Assembly (NCBI GenBank): GCA_034780895.1
Contig: JAUZTB010000087.1
Span: 85,539,506 to 85,603,505 of the forward strand
Direction of reading: 5' to 3'
Origin: Rhynchobatus australiae
Lineage: Eukaryota
Length of the DNA stretch: 64,000 nt
Within the stretch, counting starts at the first letter, position 1. The number at the start of each line of letters is the position of its first letter. Made by a program: the position numbers and the translations under genes. The notes beneath the pieces are model-generated. The model was not told the origin of the DNA. It ran no database searches and was given only the letters and a program-made list of their open reading frames with translations. Shown piece by piece: positions 14,245-26,942 of this stretch.

Positions 14245-17200
14245 ATTTAGTCTATGTGTTCTCAGGTACAGATTCCAGTATTTCCTTGATTAATGAGTAC
14301 CCGGACAACCTATGCTGTGTCCAATATCTGCATGATGTCCATTTTCACCAAATAAACACCAATGGATACCAGAATACTTTGTTTTACCTATTTTAACTAA
14401 AATTATTTACAAGATGATTAAAATTTTAAAAATATTTTAATGATTTAAATCCAGTGTTTTAAATGCCTCTGAACACAAGAGATGTTTAAAAACTGTGAAA
14501 ACATCTTTGAGCAACAAGGTGAAACGGGAACCTTGCCTGCTTCAGCCTAGGTATCTGAGAAATGATTCTATAGATGCTTGTGTTATGATAAGAAGAAATT
14601 GGTCATTTTAAACATGGCAAGAGATTTAAGCTGGTATGGTAAGATAAAGTTAGGGATTGGACCAGGAAATGCTTCTTCAAACAATTACATGCAACAGACT
14701 TTCAGATCAGATTAATGGAGGCAAAAAATCCCCAAGGCATCCAAGAAATATTTGGATGCTGCAATAGTGGTACTTTGGGTCCTTTCAGGATGGATGACGT
14801 TCTGCATTTATTCATACTGTGTGTTGAATCTGCACCCTACAACAAAATCATGAAACATTCAACAAACCAGACTGTCATTTAATGCTTTGACTGCACTATA
14901 CTAGTTGTCGAACACAAGACAGGCAGGTTACATTTATTTACATAAACTGAAATACGTTCCTTTATCAGCATAATTCAGATGAACAATAGTAGGCAGCACA
15001 TACCAACCCCTATGTTGGTGGGAGGATTGGAAAGGAGCAGAGAAATCTTAGGATTCCAGTAGGGAACACAACTGTAATTTGTCACTATAAAAGGCAGGCA
15101 TGTGTGCCGTACAAGAGAGACAGTATTCTGTGGAGTGGAAGGTCACAGCTGAGCTGGATCTTTATTGAGTGGCAGCCTCGGGGCTGGCAAAGGCAAGTCA
15201 GGAGCAGTGCAGTCAGTCTCCTGCAAAAGAGCATGTGGCAATTCCAAATAATGTCTGGTGCTTAAGCTGGGCTACACTGGATTTTTCCGAATAGATTCCT
15301 GATCTTTCAAGAACTCTCCATGTGATGTGCCTAATGATGATTCATAATCTTGTTATGAATGAGCACTGCTGCTGTAGACAACTGTCATAAAGGGACTGTG
15401 AGCCATAAGGGCAACTTATATCTTCGTTCAAAAGACCTCATCTAAACTTCTGCTGAGAGCAAGAAACAAGAGCTTGCTGAACTTATTCAAAAGAAAGCCA
15501 TTGCTATTGAGCTGAGCTATGACAGGCCAGTAACCTTCATGGTTCCTATATGAGCCACTATTATTAAGATAAAATATTTAGGGCTACATAAGAGTCATAA
15601 AATANNNNNNNNNNNNNNNNNNNNNNNNNNNNNNNNNNNNNNNNNNNNNNNNNNNNNNNNNNNNNNNNNNNNNNNNNNNNNNNNNNNNNNNNNNNNNNNN
15701 NNNNAGGCCATTCAGCCCAAATGACTGGGCTGCTGCTTTTCTCCACTCTCCTATTTCTTTGTGTACCTTTCAAAATTCCTCCTTTACAAGAACCTTAATT
15801 TCAAAACATGTTTTGGAGCCTCTTCCCACAGCAGTTGAATCCAACCAGTTAATGAAAAGGATTTTTTTTTCATCTACCCTTTTATTTTTTCTGTGATCAT
15901 CAGCAATTAATGTAATCCGGTTTACCATCTCACTGTCCTGGAAATCACCCAGTAGTTCTTATTCTAACATTTCATTTCCAAAGCCTTTTCATGAATCATG
16001 CCTTAATCTTTCAAATTCTACTGAAAAAAAATCCCAACTTCTTAAATCTCCAGTTACTATGACATGGATACTGATGTTTCTCTGATCTGTTGAAATCTTA
16101 ATACTTGTTTCTGAACTCAATGATATTATAATACTTCCCTTTTTCTTTCCACTGTACTCCAGTTATCAGATACAATGATATCAAAACCGTAAAAGGTATG
16201 GTAATCAAAATTATTTAAACAGGAAACATAAAAAAAAATTCATTCAAACAACTGATAAATTTTTAATAGAAACTATATCTTTGTGGCCAAAATGGATGAG
16301 GGAAAATTTGTTTAAAATATTAAAATAACATTTCATAAAATATATTGCCTTTGTATTTGATTGAACTAATTTTCAGACCAAATTACTCAACCCTATCACT
16401 TTCTCTGTCTGACTTTTTCAGAAACCATGTCACAGAAACTTTGTGCAAAGCATACTAAATTTTCACAGCAGTATATCAAGGAAAGAAATAAAACTGAAGT
16501 TTCTTTCTGCACTCATAGCTTGGGTTGAAGTTTTCTGAAGGAAAGTTAAATGAATGTTAACCTGTATTAATAGTTTTTGTTTAATATGCAAGCACTACAA
16601 GTTCATTTTTAAAACAGCCCCCTCAGAAGGCCAGCTTTGACGTTTCAACTGAAACTCAATTGTGTTTTGATACACATTGGACCAAGTTATTCCATTCAGT
16701 ACTCTAGCCAAATGGAGTTTCCTCGTTTGATCCTCCCTTGTATTTTAATTTTCTTTGATCATGTTCTAAAATTTTCAAATTCCTTCTTCTGGACAATTCA
16801 TAGTTAGTTCTATTCTCTTTATTCTCCCAGCTTTTCCCATTGCATCTGTTCTGTCGACACCACGATCCATGCCACAGCTTCTGAAATATCTTCCATTCTC
16901 TCTGATTCTTCCATTTCCTGCTTCCCTTTTTGCATGTAATCTTCCCATGAAAACACAGGAGAGACAACTGCCCTTTCACCTTCTTCCTTCCCACCAAACT
17001 GAGTACCAAGTGCTCCTTCTGATGAGCGGTCATCAATCTGAAATTTTGACTGTTTCTCTTTCCATTGGTCCCATTCTACATAATGCGTATTTCCAGCATT
17101 TTCTTTTTACTTCAAATTTCTAATACCTTTTGCATTTATTATACATTTTGCTCGTCAATGTTGCCAAACGTTACATTTCCAAAGCATTAAGTGATTGACC

Positions 17201-17748
17201 TAAAAATATGACCATGAGTCCACAATCCAAACTGGAAGCCCATCTTTGAATCTTAAGTCATCTTGTTGCTCGCATGCGTTTGCCTCTGATGGTTACTTCA
17301 TCACCCAAGAATCTTAAGGGTTGCATCAAAATTTTTTCTTCTCTTCTTTTGAACAGGGAAAAACTGGCATCACCTGACATGACAATTTGATAACACCTCC
17401 TATCAATTCACCCTGAAGCAAATGTTATCAGGCTAGGTAATCTTCACTTAAAATTGCAGAATGTAAAATGATTTGAGATATGAAAATAGGAGACCATCAA
17501 TAAATAGATATCTACCAGGAGGTACTTAATAACTTTTTGTTCAGAAATAATCAGAATGAAAATCAAATGAAATTAAGGTTAAGGTAAATTTTCTTTGAAA
17601 GTTTTCAAAATTCCTTCTCCTCGAGAGCTCCATGTTTGGTGAAAAGGAAAAGTGTATGGAAGAGTCTGAGAAGTGCCCCATTTTCCTTACAAAGTACATT
17701 GTTTCTAAATTAAACAAATATACAGACTTCTCCAGGTTTCAAATGTAC

Positions 17749-18108
17749 CTTTCTCGAAGTCATTTCTATTGAAGGTCTCTTCAGATCCATTTCTGTTGGC
17801 CTTGGCCTCTGATGCTTTCTTGTTTTTTTCTTCTGCCCTGTCTTTGACTTTTGTTTCTTTTGTAATAATCTCTGACTCCTTGCCTCCAGCTAACTCCTTT
17901 CTGCTGTATCGATCTGTCTTGGAAGGAGAGGATTTGTTGGGAGACACTTGCTGCTCCCAGAGTGCCCTTAGATGTTGCAGATGTCTTTGCTTGCGTGGAT
18001 GGAGTCCTGTCAGCTCTATGCACACCTTTAGGTTTGTTACTTCGCTTGAGTGTGAATCTTCTGAATTATCCGTGGATTCATCATTCATCTCTTTTTCAGT
18101 CCATTCAT
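17749..18108 (-). CDS. BCOR: BCOR exon 8 (360 nt): DEWTEKEM...TNLKVCIELTGLHPRKQRHL...
   Basis: TNLKVCIELTGLHP(R/K)KQRHL and WEQQVS match BCOR. TAG acceptor at 18111-18109; donor G|GTACA at 17748; phase 1-1. Confidence 0.96.
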
Positions 18109-18554
18109 CTACTTTGAAAATAGTCCAGGTTAATGAAACATGCCCTACAACTAGCAACACTACAAACAAAATCATAAGCAGCCCTAATGTTCTGAGCAAC
18201 ACCTGAATGTTACGCTTTTTAATATTTCAACACAAATATGTTATTTCCTATCATCACAACACACTCATCCGGAAAAATGAATCTCCCATGTTAGTGTCCA
18301 GTTCATTTTCTCAATTGAAACTTAACAATTTAAGAACAGGATTCCCAATTCTGTGCAAATAATTTTTTTATTTGCCAACACTTATTAAAAATGCCAAATA
18401 TAAAATGAATAAGATATTTGATTCTTCTGGACTTATTTGTATAACTTCTGAATTTAAACAATGATAGGTATTTTCTTAAGAATTCCTGTCATATCCTATG
18501 ATGTCACACCATTAGTATATCCACAGAAATTTCATATAATATGTTACATATTTC

Positions 18555-18880
18555 ATTATGACATGCAAGGAAGCGAATTCAGTCCATTGAGTCTTTGCTG
18601 GTTCACAGAGCAATCCCGTTCCTCAACTAATTTTTCCCTGTAACCCATTCTCTCTAAATTTCCATCAATACCACCCCTCCCCCTAGATTCCACCACTGGG
18701 GACAATTTACAGTGACTACTTAACCTACTAACTTGCACCTCTTTGGGATAGGAGAAGAAACCAGAGCACACAGGGCAAATCCATGCAGTCAGAGAGAACG
18801 AGTAAACTACACCATAACACCATGGTCGGCATTGAACTGGGTTGCTGGAGCTAGAAAGCAGCAGCTCTGCTTGGCTCCAA
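18555..18880 (-). mobile_element. HE1/V-type tRNA-derived SINE (old)
   Basis: V-domain-like CTCTGGTTTCTTCTCCTATCCCAAAGAGGTGCAAG on the minus strand, with a tRNA-like head at the right end. Confidence 0.7.
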
Positions 18881-19332
18881 ATGAAGTAGTAGCCTGACTT
18901 TATTTTTAATAAACAAAATAATCGTTAGGGTGCAAATGCTTTTGAATATATAATTTGCTGTATAATTATATAATTACGTATAATATATAATTTATCTGTT
19001 GATAAATTAATGAGAATGACCACTCAGATGACTAAGTGTTCTATTTAATGCGTTACAGAATTATAAACTCCCTGTTCTCTGCCAGGTTAGATGATCCCAT
19101 GGCCCCATTACACCAAGTTGCAGCAGGAGGAATACTGAAATGGCCTAAGTACTCATAGGCTGGAAAGGAAAAAATAGAGGGGAAGAAAATCACTATGTTG
19201 CTCTTCACTGCTAACCAGTGATCCTTTCAGCTGTAAGTGCTTTTGTGTTTGTTATAGCTGAGAAATGATTGGATGTTATGTTTTCCTACTGGTGAAAGAA
19301 TTTATTAAACCTCATCATCAAGTTTTCTCACG

Positions 19333-19720
19333 ACGCTATTACAGCACCAGCAATCGGGGTTCAATTCCCGTCACTGTCTGTAAGGAGTCTGTATGTTCTC
19401 CTGTGTCTGCGTGGGTTTCCTCCGGGTGCTCCGGTTTCCTCCCACATTCTAAAGACGTACGGGTAGGTTAANNNNNNNNNNNNNNNNNNNNNNNNNNNNN
19501 NNNNNNNNNNNNNNNNNNNNNNNNNNNNNNNNNNNNNNNNNNNNNNNNNNNNNNNNNNNNNNNNNNNNNNNCCGTGTCTGCGTGGGTTTCCTCCGGGTGC
19601 TCCGGTTTCCTCCCACATTCTAAAGACGTACGGGTAGGTTAACATGGGGTTTAAAATGCGCGGCGCAGACTCGTTGGGCCAGAAGGGCCTGTTACCATGC
19701 TGCAAATAAAATTTTTAAAA
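19333..19720 (+). mobile_element. HE1/V-type SINE (young; split by a gap)
   Basis: B-box GGTTCAATTCC and V-domain GTGGGTTTCCTCCGGGTGCTCCGGTTTCCTCCCACA; AT-rich tail. Confidence 0.9.
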
Positions 19721-20765
19721 ATTTAACATTTTTAAAAATGGTTGGAAAAAGTCAAAAATAATTATCAAATATCCACAAATTTAAAAACGTAAAAGATATA
19801 TATTTTATTTTCTGTATCATTCTAGGTGCCTTTCTGACTCAGTAAAATCCTCCTTTAGCCAGGAGGGTTCAAACTGGATTCACTATGCTTATCTTGCATT
19901 AGCCAGAGATGGAATGTGCTGACTGTGCAACTTAACAGCCTATCCAAGACAGAGAGAAACAAACCCACCAGTTTTTTGCTTTTGGGGTGGCAACATTAGA
20001 GTTGAGTATTGAACTGGTCTGGTCAGGAGATAATCATTAGAATCACAGAAAGAAAAAAAACTGCCAACCAAGCACACTCAGGGCTAGCCAAAAATGCATG
20101 GTAGGTTAATCTGACTTCCCAGCTTTTGATCCATAGCCTTGCAAGTTACAGTTCTTTGAGTGGTCATCCAGATGTTTTTAAATGTGGTATGTCTGTCTCC
20201 CCCACCCTTTCAGGCTATGACTTCCAGAACTCCACAGCTTGTTTGGTGAAGTATTTTTTTCTCATTCCCCAGTAATCCTTCTATCAATTATCTTAAAACT
20301 GTACTCCCTATATTTTGAAGGTTCTTAATAATAAATCTTTTTTTTTTAAATCACATGGATTTAAACCCTGTATCAATATAGCAGGACCAAACATTAAATA
20401 TATTTATACTTAAACATTGAAGTGAATTTGAATCAGATTTTTATCAAGATGATTCAAATATAATTCTGCAATATTTTGTATTTAAAATATGAGATTTTGT
20501 TTAAAGCTTGTGTTTTATAATAAGGAGCATGTTTGCATTTTGGACCTATGAAGCTTTCTCCATACCGAAAGGGTTCAATATATTTTAATGTATTTGAAAA
20601 GGAACCTTGAAATCTCTTGTGTATATCAAACCATAGATTATACTTTACAGGTGTACATTACATGAAAATTTTCACATGGAAGAGATGTTTACACAACCTA
20701 ATCTTAACTTTATCATAATTATAATATACATGCTGTCACAAAGTACAAAATACTGTAACCCTTAC

Positions 20766-21122
20766 CTGTAATGGAACTTTGTCTTTTTCTTTTCATCTTG
20801 AAAATTTCTGGCATCATTGATCGATTGATGCAAGTCTCATTATATCCCTTCATCTCTGATTGTACTTCATGAGTGTTCATTTCATCTTGGTTGCTTCCTA
20901 AAATTTCCTTGGAATATTGGCTATCCTGGTCAAAGGTTGACTCAGAATTATAACTAGCATCCTCACGATGATAAGCTTGTAGAGTTTTTTCAAAGTCCTG
21001 ATTAGAAGGAGATACTTTCTGTGGGGCGGAACTCTCTGCATTGGTTTGATCAGTCCAATGTTCTCCATTTTCATGATTTTCAATCAACCGATCTAGATGC
21101 TTTGCATTGCTACCTAGATCAT
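20766..21122 (-). CDS. BCOR: BCOR exon 7 (357 nt), ending ...KMKRKRQSSIT
   Basis: Open frame (extends ORF 20719..21087). Strong acceptor TTTTTCTGCAG at 21123 and donor G|GTAAG at 20765. Phase 1-1 bridges exons 6 and 8; basic NLS-like end. The protein sequence itself is poorly conserved. Confidence 0.88.
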
Positions 21123-22189
21123 CTGCAGAAAAAGTGGCTAATTAGTTCTGACGTGTATTTCAGCACCATATGTTTGAGAACAAGCAGAATTTTGGTGTAT
21201 TTTCTTTTAAGTAAGTTTACACATCCTGATTCAAATGGCGATTATGTTTGNNNNNNNNNNTAAGTAAGTGTTTTTGAAATAAAATTAAAATGTTAAAATG
21301 AAAAATATAAGTTTATGACAAAATGTTCAGGCTACGGCCAAACCTCAGAATACTTAGAAGAGTAGTGACAAAGGCCCTATTTCTAATTTTCCACATATTT
21401 TGGAAACTGGAAATCATGATAATTGGGTGAAAAATGTTAAGAACTGGTTCAAAAGAAAAAAAGCAATAATCAAAGCACACTTCTCCTCACATCGTAATAG
21501 GAAATCCTCTAGATGAGGTCAAGGCTGGAGGAACCCGCAGGGATTTAAAGGACCGACTATGTTAAAGACAAGGAGGCCAAGCCATAAAGGAATTTGAACC
21601 TGAAAATGTGATATTAAAGTGAGTTCTTTGAGGACCAGGAGCCAAATCTTAATTTTTTAAAATATGAATTTGTGTTCATATGTCTTTAGTAAACTAGGGA
21701 TTAGAAGCACAAATTAAGCATAGTGCATTAGCCGTTATAGAGGCTCAGCTACAGGATAAGAATAATAATATGAAAATGAATTATATATCCAATTCTGAAC
21801 CTTTTTGTGTGGATGAAGAGTCTCCGAAGTGAGTTCACGTAGGCTACTTAGAAAAAAAGATTCCACATGCAAAATTTCTTTTTCCATATTACAAGAGTGT
21901 AATTTGTTCTTTCAATAAGCGTTCAATAGGCCCGATGAATTGATCTGTACAAAATATCATTTAAACCACAAGAACAGAAAATATTGAGGATTCTCAAAGT
22001 CAGCTCTTGTCTATTGAGAAAACATGATAGTTGATGTTTCAAGTTTAATATCTTTCTCTAGAACTGAAAGAGATTACAAACGAACAATGTAAGACAAAAT
22101 AAGAGAAAAGGGAAAGGAATACACAGACTGAAAACAATGCACACATGGAAAAAACAAAAATAATAAAAGGGCTGCAGCGATTTTTGTTT

Positions 22190-22565
22190 TAACAGGGTGT
22201 CCTAAAGTGCCTTACAGATAATTAAGTACTTTGTGAAAGGTAATCATTGTTGCAATGTTAGAAATGTGGGCACCAATTTATGCACATCCAGGTTCCCACA
22301 AACAGCAAAAGGATAATGACAGTGAAGTGAAACCTGACTAAGGCATTAGGGATAATACCTCAGTTTTTTTTTCAAAATGTGCTTTTTCATAGCCATCTAC
22401 AAGGACAGAGGGAGCCCTGGTTTAATGTTTCAGATGGAAGATGTCACCTCTGACAATACAATGCCCTCTGGTTTTTCAGTGATGTATCGGCCTAGAATTT
22501 TGCGCTCAGGTCTCTGAAGTGAGCTTTGAACCAACAATCTTTTGAGAAGAGAATGCTCTCAACAA
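22190..22565 (-). mobile_element. Deu-domain SINE (SacSINE1-like), decayed
   Basis: CCAATTTATGCACATCCAGGTTCCCACAAACAGCAA and GGTTTAATGTTTCAGATGGAAGATGTCACCTCTGACA resemble the reverse complement of the recalled Deu domain and SINE body. Confidence 0.7.
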
Positions 22566-22849
22566 CTTAAAAAGAATGGCCTGTAATGTGCTATGGAGGA
22601 GATTAGAAAATGGTTAAAGAATGGAAGTGATGAGTAGAGAAACCAAGAGGAGGCACAGAAATCAAAAGATAGAGTGTGAGAAGACCTCAAAATGGATTAG
22701 TCGGCAAAATAGGAAGTATGAAAAACCAGCAAATCAACCAGAAACCACTGACCCAGGAATGTGGGAGAATGAAAAAGAGTACCAATCACCCAACCACAGT
22801 TGGCTTATTTGTGCTGTTTTGACAACCCTGTTATAGAAAAAAACATAGG

Positions 22850-23340
22850 AACACTACAAAAGGTGCATTTAGTATGTTCATTCCAGTGATAAGAGAACAT
22901 AGTTTACAAGATCTGAGATGTGATTGTATTAAAAAACTCAGAAGAGTAAAATGTAATATAACAGAGGTGTTTAAAATCTTAAAACTGCATTTAGTGATAA
23001 ATAGTGAAAGATTATTTTCAAGTGCTGTCCAAGTGGTCCTTAAACATGAGAGTACCTGCCTTCACCACCTTCCCATTCAGTGCATTCCAGGAAGAGTTTT
23101 TCCACCCGGAGGGTAATTGCAATCTGCAACATACTGCCTGAGAAGGTGGTGGACACAGGTACTCTCATTTAATTAAAAGTTCAGCTACGAAGTATCTGGA
23201 CAAGCACTTGATTCGCCAAGGCACAGCAGGCAATGGACTAAGTGCTGGTAAATCAGATTAGTATAGATAAGTACATGATGGTTGGCAGAGACATGGTGGC
23301 CCAAAGGATCTGTTTCTATGCTGTATGACTTCATGATTGT
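22850..23340 (+). mobile_element. CR1 LINE 3' end
   Basis: CR1 ORF2 C-terminal remnants followed by the typical 3' UTR ...GGCCCAAAGGATCTGTTTCTATGCTGTATGACT. Confidence 0.75.
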
Positions 23341-23889
23341 ACCAGTCAGTAAATGGGTATAAAGCAACATAAAGTTAGGAATTACAGCAGAAACTTAAAA
23401 GGGTGATTAAAAAAAAATCACACAGCAGGTTAACAGAATAATTACTATTACATTGCTAGACACCACAGAACTGAGTTAATCATTACATTTAGAAAGTGAA
23501 ATCAGATAAATATTTAAAGAAAACTACTAAAAATATACAGAGAAGGAGCAGGTAGATGGGATGAGAGTAGTGATAGGACCAAAGGTATTAGAGGGTAGAT
23601 TTCTCCCTGCTGACATTTCTACAAATAGTTACAATGAAGAAGTCATAGAGTGGAAATTAGAGTACAATTACAGTAGAATTTTGTCAAAACAAATAAATGA
23701 TGATTTCCAATAAATTTAGGAAGAATCCTTGCTTTACTGGGTCCTCATTTTTCAATTTGCACCTTTTCCATAGAAATAATTGTTAGCTGGAGTTCATGTA
23801 TGCATTTGCACCTAATTTAAAACTCAATTCTATTTCAAATCAAAAACAAATACATAAAAAATCTGATACCAATTACCAATAAATCAATA

Positions 23890-24129
23890 TGCACCAAATG
23901 GTGGAGGAACTCAGCAGGTCAGGAAGCATCAATGGAGGGAAATAAACAGTCCACGTTTCAGGTCGAGACCTTTCATCAAGACCTGTCCTCAGTGTTCTGA
24001 TGAAGGGTCTCAACACAAAACATTGACTGTTTGTTTCCCTCCATAGATGCTGCATGACCTTCTGAGTTCCTCCAGTATTTTGTGTATGTTGCTCCAGATT
24101 CCAGCATCTGTGGAATCTCTTGAGTCACT
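23890..24129. mobile_element. Fold-back Penelope-like terminus with 12-bp TSD and two decayed hammerhead motifs
   Basis: The arms (~23890-23985 and ~23992-24087) are reverse complements. AATAAATCAATA is repeated at 23878-23889 and 24130-24141. Same sequence as the terminus attached to the GIY-YIG copy at 42368. Confidence 0.85.
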
Positions 24130-26942
24130 AATAAATCAATAAAAAAATGCCATCTCAAGATCCTTTCTATTTAATCTTTTTGAACCATTTTGTCAATAAG
24201 TGTTGGTTCCCATTTTTAAATCTCAGAAATAAAATTCCTAGGAATGTACCGTCAGTAGTCTGTCACTAGTTCACAAGTCATGAACTGATTTGTTGTGCTT
24301 CATTGTTAACAGGCACTTAGACAATTATTCTAACTGATGCAAGTTATTTCAGTACATAGCTCAGACAACTTGAAGCTGTTTTTCCTTAGGTGTACCAAAA
24401 ACAATGCTTCAGAAATGAATCATTACATAACTGTTTCAAGATACTGACCATATATTCCACAAGTTTGAAAATTATGGAAATTAATAAGTAGTTCTGATGA
24501 GCACAACTAATCACCTTGAAGATTTGAGCACAGAATTTCAAGCAGAACATTTTTGCTAAATTAACAACACCTTATTAAAAATTTAAAATGTATGGAGACC
24601 TACTTATATTCCTTGAACTTTTCTCAATAACTGCAAAATGAATACATACCAGACTTCTTGTGTGCTCGCACTTGCAGAAGAAGTGGAATAAAATCTCGGA
24701 ATCCATTCTTTTGTTTCTTTTGGAAGGCTAATTTAAAGGCAAAGAAATTAAAAATACATCTTTTGGCCTATCAAACAGTTGCTTTTTCAGATACAATAAA
24801 GTTTAATGCTGTAGCTGTTTTGAATAATAATCTTTTGCTTAATGCCATAAGTCAGATGAAGAAATACACATCTAGAAATTAGATTACATTGCTAAAAGAT
24901 TTGATGCCTTGCAAGTCATTTCTAGCTTACTATTTTAGCAAAAGCCTTAACCAGTTTAAAGTAAATGAGTTAATGATTCCATTAAAATAATAGACAGATG
25001 TCATATGTCAGTATCACCAACAGCAATTTAAAATGTAATTGTTCTAACTCTATTTATATACCCCTATTCTCACTTAACATTCACACTACGACATTACAGC
25101 AGTTTTCACTGCGTAATGTTCATTGGTGAGACTTGTGACATAATTTTTTCAAGTCACTAGCTCACCTTATGATACTTCCCAGCAGTGTAAACTAGATGTA
25201 TGTCATTTGATGATTGCTATGCGTTAAGTTAATCACAGCTAGGCTGCATTATAGATTTCTCTGTATGTCCCTAAGCTTGTATTGCTGGGAAGTAAAATAT
25301 ATCTGTGTGTTAAATGAGACCAGGTAGAGACTCATCTGTGATCAAATAGTCTGACCTCACATTGCTTCGGCTTGTATATGAACAGACATCTAGGCGGGAC
25401 TCCAAAACAGTATATTATCATACATCGGCGATGCTGAATAAAGAAAACTTCTTACAATATAAATGTGACTTCTCCCTGGTGTTGCTGTTAATAATATGCA
25501 AGATGAATATCAGTAGTGTTTAGACTTCTAACCAACAGAGGACAATTATTTGTTTAACAGTAGATTTTTTGTGTAGTTGATTAAATCATTTGATCAGAGC
25601 TAACAAGAATCATATGACTCATGGCACATCCTGTAATTTATCACCATGTGGTGTACCATGGTAACACTCCATAGCATTGTTGTCATGGTGATAGTTTCAA
25701 TTCACCACAGCAACCAGACAGTTTCATTACTGGTCTTTCACTGCCAGGTGATTGGCAGATAAGTAAGTAGACTAACAGGGGCATTCAAGAATCAACCAAT
25801 AATTCAGAGCATTAGTAACTTGGTGAGAAAAAACTTACTTACTGAACTATCGTTGACACTTGTAACTTTCACTCTCAGGATTACTTTCTAAATACTACAG
25901 GACATCGAAATAGTAACTGTGATAACCAAAAAAAAACTCACTGAATATATGGGGATGAAATAATAGTCTGGTTGTTTAGAAAATGGGTCAAGGGTTAATA
26001 TACTACACTATTTAGTCCATTGTCTCTGAAATCATACAAATTTCACTCATTGGGATAGTTTCTCCTTGCTTATGCAACTAACATCAGAATAATTCAAGCA
26101 AAACTGACTACACCACAGAACATGTTGGGGAATTTTAAACCTAATTAAGTTTCTATCAAATCTATACTGTATATGTTTTCTGCACTCTTTCAGTTTGGAT
26201 TANNNNNNNNNNNNNNNNNNNNNNNNNNNNNNNNNNNNNNNNNNNNNNNNNNNNNNNNNNNNNNNNNNNNNNNNNNNNNNNNNNNNNNNNNNNNNNNNNN
26301 NNGTGCATGACCATTTGAATGATCATTGAAGGGTTGTGGGGAAGAACGTCGGTCAATTTTATTTTATTATTTATGTCCTGCATAATTTCTATAACTATTT
26401 CAAAGTGTTTTGGATTTTAATCCTTGATTACTGAAGGTTGGTTTCAAAATATTTGTTCCATTTTTAGAAGTTTTAATAATTTAAAAAAAAATTGAACTAC
26501 TTTGACAGTGCTGCTTGACAGCAAAGCTGTGGAGAGGGCTCTGGCGATGGTCAAAGGTTTGCAGAGACATGGATGGGGTTAGTTTGCTCCACCCTAATCA
26601 TGTTGTTTGAGGCCTGCCACTGCTTTGGCATCACCACTCAGCTCCAGGTTCATCCGGGCCAGTACGATCACACTCCAGATTTGGAGAAGTTAAGCTCAGC
26701 GAATGGAGAACGGGGTGGCAATGATGGGCAGTGGGTGACATACAGGACAAGCTGGGCCATGGAATTAGGCCACAGATCAACTCTGATCTTATGGTTATAG
26801 CATAACAGGTTTGGGGCTAAATGGCCTACAATTCCTCTAATCTGACATTCAAACTGATTGTAATTTTTGCATAATATTTGCTGTTACAATGCTAATCCGT
26901 ACTTCTCATTTCTCTGACTGCTAAAATACCACAAACATGCAG

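Noticed and set aside
16704-17123. Overlapping ORFs between BCOR exons 8 and 9
   Set aside because: They overlap a Penelope terminus remnant, and exon 8 joins exon 9 in frame without them.
19403-19642. Apparent tandem duplication of the SINE V-domain
   Set aside because: The copies abut a 100-N gap; most likely an assembly overlap.
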